DNA from: Antedon mediterranea
Taxonomy: Eukaryota; Animalia; Echinodermata
Direction: 5' to 3'
DNA length: 64,000 bases
Assembly: GCF_964355755.1 (NCBI RefSeq)
Contig: NC_092671.1
Span: 20,398,001 to 20,462,000, forward strand
Shown here: one piece after another, positions 52,101 through 60,379 of the stretch
How the letters are laid out: each line of letters opens with the position of its first letter
Numbering within the stretch: position 1 is the stretch's first letter
The notes under the pieces: model-generated
Told to the model about the DNA's origin: nothing
The model's input: the letters and a program-made list of their open reading frames with translations, nothing else
Databases searched by the model: none
Translations under genes and position numbers: made by a program

Positions 52101-55100
52101 GAAAGTGTATGTTAGAATTGAAATTTCATAAGATTAACTAATATTGGTAATTGTACACAAACCTGTGTCAAAATTTGCTTCAAATCCAGTGCTTGATACA
52201 CTGTTATCACTCAATATTCGGATGAACATGTGATTGGATGTTGAATAATAAACATCAGGTAAATCAGATCCACAAAGCTTGGCTATTAAAACAGCAGTAT
52301 CATCTATTCCATCAAACAACTAAAAAACAAGTAATGACAAGTAATGAATGAACCTAACGTTGAAATCTCATTTTGAAATCATAAATTTAATTCTTAATCA
52401 ACAATTAAAATTGAGTGTGTACATCCTTCCATTTCAATAAATTAGGCCTAATTTAAACCTTTAAAAAAATTAAATATAAAATAAAAAAATCAATTGTCTA
52501 CCTCCAAGTAATCATGCTGGCAATCATCGACATTTTCAATATCAAATGCCAGGAAAGTTAATTGAACACGGTGGTCATCAGCTACATTTATCAGCCATGT
52601 GCATTCATAGTTATGTGGGTATGGTTGTGGGAAATTCTTGGATTGTATATGGCCACTTGGTGCAGTTTGATTCCCTCCACAACCTGAAAAATACATTTAT
52701 ACAAACACACCTAATCATAGACACATGATGTTTGTCAGCATAACTTTTTTTTTGTCCACTCCTGTGGAATAATATTCTTCCAATAACTTTAGTTTTCATG
52801 TGCCAAACAACTATGCACATATAAATGACTTTTCAACTTGACAGCTGAACAGTGTGTTGCATAATGAATAATCTAATAACAATGTATACATGCTCAACAG
52901 ATCCACAACATATTTTGGGAAGTTCTCAGATAACAAAATCAAACATACCATTACTATTGGCCAAGAAGGTTGCATTAAAGCCTCGTCCATTAATGCTACT
53001 GTCAGTATAGAAACGGACATACATTTCATTACCAGTAGTTGTTACAACTGTAGGCTTAGTTTGTTCATCACAAAGTTGTGTAAGATAATTCAGTGAGTCA
53101 TCTGTGCCAGAATATACCTAAAACACAAGTGGTTAGAGGAAGCTAATGGAAATTACAGTATAATCTTTTTCTTATTGCCTTGTTTAGTACCCTTTAGCGA
53201 GGATTAAAATTGAAAATTGTAATGCAACAGATCAGATACTAAATTTAGTTCGGCAACTAAAATGTGCCATTTTTAGGCCCTGTGGCCCCCTATTTCAAAA
53301 TCCTGGATTCGCCACTGAACATTCAGCAAATGTTTATGATGGGCCGATTTTGAAACAACTTCACTTTCATCCTTTAAACAAGAATGTTTATAACATCCAA
53401 TTATAGATATCCTGTATACAGTTACAGTTACAATTGAATGTCATCTGCGTATATGTGTGTTAAATATTCTCATTAGGACCAATGACACTGAAATTGTAAT
53501 AAACGTAGTATGAGAAAAGATAAGGACCACAAACCACCTTGTCTTCAGTGTTTTCATTGCTAATTTTAACCCATTTACTAGATTACAAGTAGGATTTTTA
53601 AGGTAAAAATGTTAAAACGGTCTAACTAAGGCAACCTTTTTTACAAAAAAATATCTAAAAAGATCCTTGACCATCACAAGAGGAGGTTATCTGAGTTATG
53701 ATTATATTTTACAAAATTATGGCTAAAACATACCAATAAGGCATCATACTGGCAATTATTAGACGTTTCCAAATCAAAATCATTTATGGTTAACGTGATA
53801 GAACTTCCAATTTCTGAAGTGACAATCCAGTCACATTCTACTTCATGTGGATATCCTTGAGGGTATCCAGGACTTGTGATAACACCACTGTTGTCATTAA
53901 TTTCACCACCACATCCTACAGAAGAAGCAAAAAAGAAGCAAAATGAATGTGTCATTTATATTACAGAATACACGTTTTAATGTAACTAATTAAACGTTTT
54001 GATTACACAGTGAGCGAGGCATTAATTTTATCTCTCCATGTGTCACAAAAGGCAAGGTTCTATTTTATTATTAGCAATAAATCCTCCATGACCATGTCAG
54101 CACGCTTCTCGATTGTTGAAGTTGAATTTTCTCATTGTTTCGAGTGATGTGCAAGCTGATTGGGTCTAGCATTTTCGCTTAGCAATGTAATTCAATTCAA
54201 TTCAATTTCTTTATTGCTGCAAATGCCATCAAGGGCTAATATCCGCTTAAACATACTACATCAATCAAACATAATTATACATATTTATATTTAAAATGTA
54301 AACACATAAAATATATAGTCATTACTACTGTAGTGGTGGTTATTATTTTTAATTATTGTAATTATTGTTATTATGATTATAGTTGTTAGTTATCCGCTAA
54401 CGAAGTTGCTGGATAACCCCTTGTGATTGTACGAAATCCTATTCTTTTTTTTCTTATTCTTCTTTCTTTCTGTAATTTTTGTGTCACGCGTATCTAAAAA
54501 ACTTGCAAACATAATGTTTCGTAACTTTCTCAACATATAGCGACATAGAGTTCGAGGCGTTTAATTCGGGCCTCGGGATTTCACATTGGGGGAGGAGACC
54601 ATAGGTAGAGCAAGAGTATTCAATAGTATTTAAGAATAGAGATTTTTCTGATAGCAGATTTGTAGACAGAAGAAATTTGAGTGTGCCACTTAAGGTTGTC
54701 AGAAATAAAATGCCAAGGTACTTTAAATGATGGACCTGTTCAACTATAGTTCTATGAAGGTGTAAAGGGCGGAACACAGTAGGTATTCTACGGAAGTCAA
54801 AATTTAAAATTTTACATTTATTAGGGGCGAAGGATAAACCATTGTTGAGGGACCAGGATTCTAAATGAGATGCTAGATGTAGATAGCTACGTCTAACCTA
54901 TGGCCTAACTTTAAACAACTCAACAGTAATATCTTTGAGAATTTGTTGATTTTCCAAACTATTTACTTCTGCGATCATTGTACAATCTTGAAAGCTGCTA
55001 AAATTAAGGGCTCACAAAAATGTTGAGCTTTACTATAATTGAAAACAAGATTGTTTAATTGGTTTTTTCTTTCAAAATGTTTAGCAAAATAGTGTAAAGC

Positions 55101-58100
55101 AATAACAAATTAACATTTGAGAAATTAGGACATAATAGAAATTAAATTTTCAACAAAGATGATTACAGATATTACAGAGTATTTGAGGTACACAGAATAT
55201 TCACAAAAAATAGGAAGACAGAGAAATAACAAACAAACAATGTCTCTCGTCTTAAAAACACCTTACCATCTACAGCATATATTGCTCTGAAACCAAGTTC
55301 TGAAACTGAGGAATCTGTTACAAAGTGAATCCAAAGATTAGAACCAGTACTTTGAAGACTGTAACCTTCTGGCAAAAAAAGTTGTCCACATATAGTTATT
55401 ATTACTCGTGCTGTCTCATCATCACCATCGCGAACCTAACAAATACAAGTATATAAAAATCAGTGTAAGGTATTTAGTTCTATTGTCCTCAATCAATATC
55501 AATTTAGAGTTAGCTTCTAGAAAAAGTAATTGCAAAACCTTGAAAATTGACTAATCAATTAAAATCATTGATTAAAATGTTTTTTCTTGTTCTTATTCCT
55601 CTATTGTTCTTTTCTACGTCTATTTTATGTTCTGTGATTCTGGTTTAAAGAGTTCCACCAGTAATTGCGAAATCTCTGATTCATTACTCTGTTCATGATC
55701 TTTCAATGCCTTTTTGGGTTCTCTCTTAGTGTTTTTTACTCTTTCAAAGCTCTAGTCAGAGTATGGATAGCAATCTCCTAATGTGTCTCTCAATGCATTT
55801 CTTGATGTCTATCTTCATCTATGGACACAATGCTTCACATCTGTCGACTAAGGACTTTACATTTTCACTATGACAATGTAGACTGCTACCCTATTGCGTC
55901 GGTTTTTTCTTCATATGTGGGGGCACTAGGTGACTGGCATGTCAACTAGCAAATTTGGGAACTTGTTCATTGTATTTTTGGCATTTGCTCTCTGACATGA
56001 ATACCAGTGGATAACGTAACGCTTCAGAAGTTTACCAAAATCATAGCCGAGAATGATCTCGCAATGATTTTCTGAGAATGTAAAGTGAATTATTTTTGCA
56101 AACTTTGATTTATTGATTTTTAAATAAAGCTTTTAATAAAAAAGCTTATGACCTTGGTCTTATCATTAGGACACCAGCCTTCATTTAGAAAATTAAGGAT
56201 CAGGCTAGGACACACGTGACCGAAGCCCGTGTACTTCCACTGGCCCAGCGAGGTGGACGGACGAGCACTACTAGGGATTACCAAGTCAGTCATATGTTAA
56301 CTGGCACGTCAACAAAAATGCCCACCTAATCTAAACGTTCATATACCTGTCAACGAGCAACTTTCGACTACGACCCATGTAGACGTGATCTTCCTTCACT
56401 TTCACTCAAATCTAAAAGTCCCTAATAACACTCAGTTTATGTTCCAAAGGATGATTAGAAGTTAAGATACTGGTCTGTTTCCATTGGTTTTCTGTAAACA
56501 CCTGTTGGTCAACGTTAGTTAAATATTGCAGGTCTTCGGTGCCTATGGGGATAGCAGCTATGATGTCATCTACGTATATCTGCACCATAGGTTTGATGCT
56601 AGGTGTAGCTGTATTGTTTGCTCAGTTTTCTAGATTTTCCATAAAAATGTTGGCCATAATGGGACTGACTGGACTTCCCAATGCAATACCTTCTTTTTTT
56701 TTTCGTACTGTATGTGGTGTTAAGAACTATATTAGTATTCATATTCATTTATTATCCAGAAAAATAAAAACAATAATACAAAAAGCATAAATTACATAAA
56801 ACAAAAACAAGCATAGAAAAACGCAGGACACTATCCTGGCGGATTGTCAAAAAGCAAAAATATCGCTATAATAGACTCTCCTGATAGTGCTGGTGGCAAA
56901 ATAACAGAAACAAGGTTAAACATTTAACAATCCGGTAACATAGAATTTATATAAAACAGAATAAAAATTGCAATCATTATAAATAAACATGTCTGTGATA
57001 TATACCGGAATCTCAAATAATGCACAAGTAAAGAGTGCGTTAGTGGAGATGACTCTCCACTAACGTACGAATTTAGACATGTGCATTATTTGTTTTATAA
57101 TATGGGTCTGTGAACCATTTTCAGAAGTCAGGCCTACCACGGCAAGCACCACTAGTCGGCAACCAAATCACCGCCCAGCCTAGCTAGCAAAACAGTCATG
57201 TAGCAGTGGTGTGTTTTTGGTTTTTGTGCTATTCTGCAAAACAAGTTAAACGCAGGAGAGTGCTGTGCGGTTATGCTTTTTTGCTGCGCACTTTTTGCAC
57301 TCCAGTGCATGATAGTAAACGAACTCATTTCACGTCTGATTGGCTACATCCTTGAACCCATGTTATAACAGTTATTGTTAACTTCAAATTTGATTTTAAA
57401 ATGTTTGATTCTGTTTGTTCTAATATTGTTTACATTTATATCTAAGTGCCCTGCATTATTTCAATGGTCTGGTTGATAGTTGTCTTTGTAAACAATGCAG
57501 TGACATCATATGAAATGACCACATGTTTGGTTGGTCAATTTTAATGTTCTTCAAATCCATGGCAAGTTGTTTTGAGTTTTTAATGTGAAATGCTGCATTG
57601 TCCACTAAGGGTGAAAGTATTTGTGAAAAACTGACACAAGAACAAGTGATAGCAAAGAGATATGATGATAGACAATGTCACTTGGGGCATCACATAAGGC
57701 TATCGATGCTAGTAGCTGCAACGCAGACAAATAAGTCTTTTATTATTCATTTTTTTGCTGACCGGTCATTCTCTTGCACAGCTCCATCCTCTTCCATAAT
57801 CAATCAAGAAGGCCAATTTATTTGACATCTTCAAACAATTGGCTGAAAACCCATCTCTTTCGCATAGCATATATGAAATGACGTAATTTTCACCTTGTTT
57901 TGAGCCTTGTGGTCGTAGAGAAAATTAATTTTGGTTAAGCGCTAACATATATATATTGTTATTTTTTATGGTTTATCAATAGGAAAAAATCAAAAAATTC
58001 ATCATTTAAAACCAGATAAATTTTTCGAGAATTGATTAAAAAGTGTATTCAACCATTGTTAGGCTAATATAACAATGTTAAGATTGAAAATAATAAGGTA

Positions 58101-58571
58101 TTAACAAACCTGAACATAATCGTAACCACAGCTATTATGATCCTCTAGGTGTAGATTAGTAAATGTAAGATTTATTGTACTACCTAGATTTGCCTGAATA
58201 CGCCATACACAATCAACATTATGAGGGTAAGGATTTGGATAGTTAGGACTTTCAATTACTCCAGTTCTTCTCTTAAGAACATTATTACAGTCTGTGGAGA
58301 GAAAAAAAGTAGATACAATGCATTTATTCCTGAAGCTTTTTTTTATTGTGAGTTTTGAGTTTATTTTAATTTATTTTATAGAGGATGATATTTTCAGAAT
58401 TGAATTCTTACTTGAAGCATAAGATGCCAGGAAACCACGGCCACTAATACTGAAGTCAGACCTGAACTTCACTCTCATCTGGTAATCAGTTGATTGTGTA
58501 GGTAATAAAGGAAAAACTTCACCACAATATGTTATTATAACGGAATCTGCTTCTGTTGCTCCATCATATAC
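10004..58571 (-). CDS. CUBN: Cubilin-like gene, partial: 35 exons encoding about 17.5 tandem CUB domains (approx. CUB7-CUB24)
   Basis: All exons have GT-AG boundaries and, at the junctions checked, compatible phases. Repeating CUB motifs CGG..G...SP.YP..Y....C.W.I / C.YD.L...DG....CG....F.SD....GF. Domain order matches recalled cubilin, including the domain lacking its first Cys pair (MGNDYSGTTGQLSSP, CUB13-like). Confidence 0.9.
10728..10942 (+). mobile_element. Penelope-like terminal fragment with inverted duplication and 13-bp flanking direct repeats
   Basis: ~80-bp inverted arms; TATTATGTGACAT at 10715-10727 and 10943-10955; contains a hammerhead motif. Confidence 0.65.
10808..10847 (+). 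ncRNA. Minimal type I hammerhead ribozyme motif
   Basis: CTGAGGA-T-GATCAA(agcata)TTGATC-GAAACGTC-GAG: CUGANGA core, 6-bp stem II, GAAA, palindromic ACGT stem III, GUC site. Confidence 0.65.
11290..11498 (-). CDS. CUBN: cubilin exon (CUB24-like, N-half)
   Basis: QGCGGSLTSPSGTFTDIDVDNDGLYEDNLVCTWLI...CDYDYIE. Confidence 0.9.
12127..12347 (-). CDS. CUBN: cubilin exon (CUB23-like, C-part)
   Basis: FSMFDIEVHSSCLYDSLTIYDGP...LCG...FLSDVSSTHGGFKAGY. Confidence 0.9.
12677..12800 (-). CDS. CUBN: cubilin exon (CUB23-like, N-part)
   Basis: CGGEYVGPAGQVSTTDTGTYRNNENCTWLITVNDNRVVEL. Confidence 0.88.
13448..13624 (-). CDS. CUBN: cubilin exon (CUB22-like, C-half)
   Basis: ATNCAYDGLKIY...YCGDSLP...FYSDSSDTRVGFSLKF. 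Confidence 0.9.
13876..15175 (-). mobile_element. Harbinger-like non-autonomous element
   Basis: Termini AGCCACCTTCACAT / ATGTAAACCTAGCT followed by TAA; reverse-complement homology to 63414-64000. Confidence 0.6.
15179..15579 (+). mobile_element. Internally deleted copy of the same Harbinger-like family, inverted relative to its neighbour
   Basis: Starts TAGCTAGGTTTACATTCAGAAATTATC; ends GCACGATAAAATCTTATGTGAACGTG. Confidence 0.6.
15992..16144 (-). CDS. CUBN: cubilin exon (CUB22-like, N-half)
   Basis: [31 protein letters not shown]...FEIE. Confidence 0.9.
16310..16466 (-). CDS. CUBN: cubilin exon (CUB21-like, C-half)
   Basis: AFDGGSTSDRPLGNFCGN...FRSDNTNEGTGFQGTW-like segment; AG/GT flanks. 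Confidence 0.88.
16738..18634. mobile_element. hAT-like non-autonomous element
   Basis: TIRs CAGGCCCGTAACCAGG / CCTGGTTACGGCCCTG; GC-rich subterminal motifs; degenerate 8-bp flanks. Confidence 0.65.
18710..18897 (-). CDS. CUBN: cubilin exon (CUB21-like, N-half)
   Basis: CGGNFHGNTGTIKSSNYPSNYHSNEECIWTI...CTGDVLT. Confidence 0.9.
19042..19276 (-). CDS. CUBN: cubilin exon (CUB20-like, C-part)
   Basis: LSFTAFDIESHPDCIYDYLAVFNGG...WCGN...FMSDAFEAAQGFRLEW. Confidence 0.9.
19667..19788 (-). CDS. CUBN: cubilin exon (CUB20-like, N-part)
   Basis: CGGLVSGTDGVITSPNFPLDYNHFDKCVWLVEGPPGSQLT. Confidence 0.9.
20004..20153 (-). CDS. CUBN: cubilin exon (CUB19-like, C-half)
   Basis: GELIGKYCGPDAP...RFFTDDTVQFEGFSATY. 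Confidence 0.88.
20769..20981 (-). CDS. CUBN: cubilin exon (CUB19-like, N-half)
   Basis: CGGTLVASQSTEARFFSPGYQLANYSANLDCAWII...CNYDFLEIRA. Confidence 0.9.
21229..21397 (-). CDS. CUBN: cubilin exon (CUB18-like, C-half)
   Basis: VYNGLENDAPILGTYCG...FRTDSNVNARGFSARY. Confidence 0.9.
21589..23034. mobile_element. PIF/Harbinger-like MITE
   Basis: Perfect 26-bp TIR AGGCTGGTTTCCTGTCGACGTAAGAA; TTA TSD on both sides. Confidence 0.85.
23244..23855. mobile_element. Degenerate TIR element with TAG/CTA-rich subterminal repeats (EnSpm-like?)
   Basis: CCCATAGCGAAAA..GTAGCTCTAT versus ATAGAGCTATATCTACTAAAACTTTTGTTATAGG; internal ~160-bp duplication. Confidence 0.35.
24447..24628 (-). CDS. CUBN: cubilin exon (CUB18-like, N-half)
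   Basis: [31 protein letters not shown]...CQFDSVQ. Confidence 0.9.
24802..24942 (-). CDS. CUBN: cubilin exon (CUB17-like, C-half)
   Basis: PVLATSCGTSLPSAIDTSDSFAFVQF...GFIMGFSSSLE. Confidence 0.9.
25101..25675 (+). mobile_element. Helentron-type family A body, termini lost
   Basis: Collinear similarity to 38480-39040. Confidence 0.65.
26556..26771 (-). CDS. CUBN: cubilin exon (CUB17-like, N-half)
   Basis: TCGGTVSGVGANITSPNFPAAYENNLQCEWIFHGTTGHYLTISF. Confidence 0.9.
26900..27968 (-). mobile_element. Helentron/HINE-like element inserted in the hammerhead module
   Basis: Terminal hairpin GGTTATCCGC-CAAGT-GCGGATAACC; splits the AAGGCAAA/TTACTG sequence that is intact at 40505-40519; related pieces at 35590-35700 and 54388-54590. 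Confidence 0.55.
28084..28120 (-). ncRNA. Minimal type I hammerhead ribozyme motif
   Basis: Minus strand GCA-CTGATGA-C-GGGC(tagtgtt)GCCC-GAAAGCTC-TGC. Confidence 0.65.
28252..28318 (-). repeat. 5'-truncated tRNA-Asp-like repeat module
   Basis: A box TGGTCTAATGG and B box GTTCGAGTC; near-identical to 41989-42060. Confidence 0.7.
28429..28607 (-). CDS. CUBN: cubilin exon (CUB16-like, C-half)
   Basis: CDLDYLEIHDGP...LCG...FHSDYLNEAAGFNAMY. Confidence 0.9.
28688..29521 (-). mobile_element. Helentron-type element (family D)
   Basis: 5' hairpin GTTATATGCAT-GATA-ATGCATATAAC, matching subterminal inverted repeat and 3' hairpin; homologous to 42956-44720. Confidence 0.6.
29625..29796 (-). CDS. CUBN: cubilin exon (CUB16-like, N-half)
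   Basis: [47 protein letters not shown]. Confidence 0.9.
30247..30418 (-). CDS. CUBN: cubilin exon (CUB15-like, C-half)
   Basis: FFNGESTNSPALGQPKYCG...VTDENTNNRGFRIVF. Confidence 0.88.
30698..30879 (-). CDS. CUBN: cubilin exon (CUB15-like, N-half)
   Basis: CGGRIRADQGVLTSPNYPSNYANNLDCQWHI...CDSDYLQ. Confidence 0.9.
31222..31368 (-). CDS. CUBN: cubilin exon (CUB14-like, C-half)
   Basis: DSQDQPQLANLCGR...FQTDASVNYTGFQANY. Confidence 0.88.
31632..31832 (-). CDS. CUBN: cubilin exon (CUB14-like, N-half)
   Basis: LCHFDLQSTESNQILQSPGFPYGYDINLDCTWLI...CYWDSVSVFD. Confidence 0.88.
32815..32992 (-). CDS. CUBN: cubilin exon (CUB13-like, C-half)
   Basis: IHDGADLNSAVLLSTCG...FLSDSSVVGRGFLIEW. Confidence 0.9.
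33379..33566 (-). CDS. CUBN: cubilin exon (CUB13-like, N-half)
   Basis: MGNDYSGTTGQLSSPLYPSAYP...WTVTV...CPYDVLE. Confidence 0.9.
33647..37068. mobile_element. Non-autonomous DNA transposon with ~80-bp TIRs and ~120-bp subterminal repeats (superfamily uncertain, Sola-like?)
   Basis: TTTATTCATGTGAAAAGCCACAAA..TCAATATTGCT versus AGCAATATTGA..TTTGTGGCTTTTCACATGAATAAA; repeated CATGTGA..GCC / TTATCCTGTAAG units at 33740-34660. Confidence 0.7.
37140..37450 (+). mobile_element. Kolobok-like fragment (right end)
   Basis: Similar to 62710-63142; ends GTAGGGAATGTGGCT-TTAA. Confidence 0.55.
37516..37715 (-). CDS. CUBN: cubilin exon (CUB12-like, C-part)
   Basis: VFDMESSSNCGRDYLEFRE...ICG...FVSDGSGTGIGFMAAY. 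Confidence 0.9.
38422..39084 (+). mobile_element. Helentron/Helitron2-type non-autonomous element (family A)
   Basis: 5' TTACCTCCGCCAAGGAGGTA, (TTTG)n, then 3' GGCGGAGGTA plus hairpin plus CTAG (asymmetric TIR). Confidence 0.75.
39223..39845 (-). mobile_element. Helentron-type family A, inverted copy
   Basis: Reverse complement of 38422-39084. Confidence 0.75.
40119..40270. repeat. Fold-back palindromic element (~150 bp; Crypton-like?)
   Basis: ATGAATGTTT..ACAAATAATGGCAT..ATGATGAAAGGTT versus AACCTTTCATCAT..ATGCCATTATTTGT..AAACATTCAT. Confidence 0.6.
40340..40472 (-). CDS. CUBN: cubilin exon (CUB12-like, N-part)
   Basis: [43 protein letters not shown]. Confidence 0.9.
40628..40664 (-). ncRNA. 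Minimal type I hammerhead ribozyme motif
   Basis: Minus strand GCA-CTGATGA-A-GGGC(tagtgtt)GCCC-GAAAGCTC-TGC. Confidence 0.7.
40711..41926. mobile_element. hAT-like non-autonomous element inserted in (TA)n
   Basis: TIR CAGACCTTGATTTA / TAAATCAAGGTCTG; ATATATAT on both sides. Confidence 0.75.
41989..42060 (-). tRNA. tRNA-Asp-like cloverleaf (anticodon ATC) embedded in a repeat; probably not a translational tRNA
   Basis: Acceptor GCCCCAG/TTGGGGC, D arm GTC/GAC, anticodon arm CTGC-ATATCAA-GCAG, T arm CCGAG-TTCGAGT-CTCGG, G discriminator, followed by TTTTT. Confidence 0.6.
42333..42581 (-). CDS. CUBN: cubilin exon (CUB11-like, C-part)
   Basis: DRITLTFTHIDIEE...CAHDNVNVFNG...YCG...FLSDGSVQKTGFRVTY. 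Confidence 0.9.
42707..42820 (-). CDS. CUBN: cubilin exon (CUB11-like, N-part)
   Basis: CGGRRDATVDGVVKSSNYPNNYNANQNCSWVIESDNP. Confidence 0.9.
42956..44720 (-). mobile_element. Helentron-type family D copy with nested insertions
   Basis: CTAG plus AATTCGTCA..TGACGAATT hairpin; collinear with 28688-29460 apart from inserts at about 43527-44350. Confidence 0.6.
43607..44177. mobile_element. Tigger/pogo-type MITE
   Basis: TIR CCGTACTGATGCGGGTATAA / TTATACCCGCGTCAGTACGG; TA TSD; repeated GGGCTTATACCCGAG. Confidence 0.8.
44848..47795. mobile_element. Academ-type non-autonomous element
   Basis: ~160-bp near-perfect TIRs with TAG...CTA termini; 3-bp TTA TSD confirmed against the empty site TGTCTTAATGCTG in other family A copies. 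Confidence 0.8.
46430..46945. repeat. ~160-bp tandem repeat, about 3 units, inside the Academ-type element
   Basis: TTATGGATTTGCCCAAATTAACCCAAGGGCCGGTCC..GGACATTAAGCCCCATAATGG recurs at about 46441, 46598, 46748 and 46898. Confidence 0.85.
48329..48999 (-). mobile_element. Helentron-type family B
   Basis: 5' hairpin TACTTGGCCAA..TTGGCCAAGTA; 3' TTGGCCAAGTA plus TCGCGC-TAA-GCGCGA hairpin plus CTAG. Confidence 0.7.
49010..50015 (-). mobile_element. Helentron-type family C
   Basis: 5' hairpin TACTTGGCAAAA..TTTTGCCAAGTA; 3' TTTTGCCAAGTA plus CACTCAG/CTGAGTG hairpin; shares body at 49500-49800. Confidence 0.6.
50021..50678 (-). mobile_element. Helentron-type family B, second copy
   Basis: Near-duplicate of 48329-48999. 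Confidence 0.7.
50627..50867. repeat. Tandem ~60-bp repeat (4 units) of the family B terminal hairpin
   Basis: GATCAACATACTTGGCCAATTTTCAATTTGGCCAAGTA four times, separated by CA/CAAA tracts. Confidence 0.85.
50867..51962. mobile_element. Degenerate TIR element (EnSpm/CACTA-like?)
   Basis: ACAGCTATTAATTACTGC versus GCAGTAATTTTTAGCAGT; inverted subterminal ATTGTTTT/AAAACAAT repeats. Confidence 0.4.
52163..52319 (-). CDS. CUBN: cubilin exon (CUB10-like, C-half)
   Basis: LFDGIDDTAVLIAKLCGSDLP...SDNSVSSTGFEANF. Confidence 0.9.
52502..52683 (-). CDS. CUBN: cubilin exon (CUB10-like, N-half)
   Basis: CGGNQTAPSGHIQSKNFPQPYPHNYECTWLI...CQHDYLE. Confidence 0.9.
52949..53117 (-). CDS. CUBN: cubilin exon (CUB9-like, C-half)
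   Basis: VYSGTDDSLNYLTQLC...MYVRFYTDSSINGRGFNATF. Confidence 0.9.
53734..53915 (-). CDS. CUBN: cubilin exon (CUB9-like, N-half)
   Basis: CGGEINDNSGVITSPGYPQGYPHEVECDWIV...CQYDALL. Confidence 0.9.
54590..55000 (-). pseudogene. LINE reverse-transcriptase relic
   Basis: IVEQVHHLKYLGILF motif typical of the C-terminal end of L2/CR1-group RT. Confidence 0.5.
55267..55435 (-). CDS. CUBN: cubilin exon (CUB8-like, C-half)
   Basis: VRDGDDETARVIITICG...FVTDSSVSELGFRAIY. Confidence 0.9.
56400..56692 (-). pseudogene. Penelope-like reverse-transcriptase relic
   Basis: Minus strand GIALGSPVSPIMANIFMENLE, YVDDI and SNHPLEHKLSVI motifs. Confidence 0.7.
58110..58291 (-). CDS. CUBN: cubilin exon (CUB8-like, N-half)
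   Basis: CNNVLKRRTGVIESPNYPNPYPHNVDCVWRI...CGYDYVQ. Confidence 0.9.
58412..58571 (-). CDS. CUBN: cubilin exon (CUB7-like, C-half)
   Basis: VYDGATEADSVIITYCGEV...FRSDFSISGRGFLASY; AG/GT flanks. Confidence 0.9.
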
Positions 58572-59319
58572 CTAAAAAAGAAACTAATGTAATGTAATGG
58601 ACATCTCAGTAGATGACTTTTGTTTTTGTTTATTTATTGCCAAACGCAAGCGTTGCCACACGAAAATTACACAGTCAATATCATCATACTCGAGAATTTG
58701 CTGGATTTTATATGTTTAATGACAGGGGCAAGATAATTAAGCGAAAATTACTCAGTCAATATCATACTCGAGGATATATTTACTTGCAGTAGTAGTCATG
58801 TGATGCAGTTTCAACCAATCACGTTCACATTATTACATAGGCTATGTAGTAAACATATTACACATAAAAAAAACATACACATTATAATAAAAATATAAGA
58901 ATATATATACGAATATGTCTAAACGTTTACAATCCGAATTTCCAGCAAACACGGCACTCTCTAGGCCCAGAAACCAAACAAGTTTAACTATAACTTAGGC
59001 CAGAACTTGCTTGTCTGTGTACATTTTTTTGAGAGCTACTTTTATTGCTTTTTTTATACTTGGTAATAAGAAAAACAAATTTATGCTGATCTATATAAAT
59101 CTTGATATACTGAGGACATTTTGGACACTGAATTCCTCCCTGAAGAAAAGAAGGTTGTTCTCAAAGGAGAAGAAAATCTATGCCAAATAATAGATCGTCT
59201 GATCGGATGGATTTCTATAAAATATTTTTGCCAGAAATCAAATTTGTTGTTGACTCAATTAAGTGGGCCTAAAAAAGGAAAAATGAGCTGTTCACAAAAT
59301 AGAGGCATCATTAACTTGT

Positions 59320-60327
59320 TCCAAGTTAAATACTTGGGTGTTGAACTTGATAGAAAACTTTCAGGAGAATTAATTGCAAAATCAATTGGTAAGAAAAGTG
59401 CAGATAGACTACGATTTATGTACAGACAGGCAAAAGCTGTAAATGTAAACTCAAAGAAAATACTTTGCTCTGCATTAATCCAATGTCACTACGATTAAGT
59501 TTGCTCATCATGGTATTCAGCTCTTCCAATGTACATGAAAAATAAATTACAGGTTATGCAAAATAAAGTAGTTCGTTTCATTAGAAATAAGGGACCACGC
59601 AGTCATGTTGGCAAGCGTGAATTAGATGAGCTTGGTATGTTAAACGTTGCAGATCGTGTTATTCAATTAAAACTAAACCATGTATACAAAATATCAAAGT
59701 CTACCGGACCAGAATATCTTAATCAGCATTTTATTAACATTTCAGAAAGACATAACTACAATACTAGACAAAGTGAAATGAATTATGTTAAAACAAGAGT
59801 AACCAGCCAAAATAGTAATAGTCTTCAACTAGTCTACATAGATTTAAACATCAAGTTAAATTACACTTAGCGACCAAATCCAGTTTGCATACTGGGGTTA
59901 ATTAAATTAGTATCATTATTTTAATATTTTACCGTACATATTTTACATATTTTAAAGTATTTAACTCAATTGTAAAGTATTTTAAACCTAAAGTAGTTTT
60001 AAAAATATCTTATGTTTTAATGTTTATGTTAATTTTATATTGATTTTATTATAGGCCTATTTCTAGTTTTATAGTAATAGTGTATTTAAGTAAATTTTAA
60101 AAGTATTCATGTATTTATTTAAGGTAGTTTACTTTGATACATAATGTCTTAATGTTTTTTAAATGTTATGGAGTGTACCGGTAATTTTTTGTTATAGGAC
60201 CCCAACGAAATAAACCGTAAGGTTTTATTGGGTCATCCTGAGCTTTGTTTTTTACTTTTAAGTTTATATTACAACCGTCCATTATTGTATTGTTAATTAT
60301 GTGCTCGAATGAAATTGAATTGAATTG
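59320..60327 (+). mobile_element. 5'-truncated LINE (L2/Crack/Daphne group) with 3' UTR and (ATTGA)n tail
   Basis: VKYLGVELDRKLSG..LCSALIQCHYD*VCSSWY..KLQVMQNKVVRFI; 3' stem-loop and tandem tail. Confidence 0.75.
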
Positions 60328-60379
60328 ACACCCATGTGCACATATTGCCAGTTTCATACGTATTGGCTTAAACCTGCAA

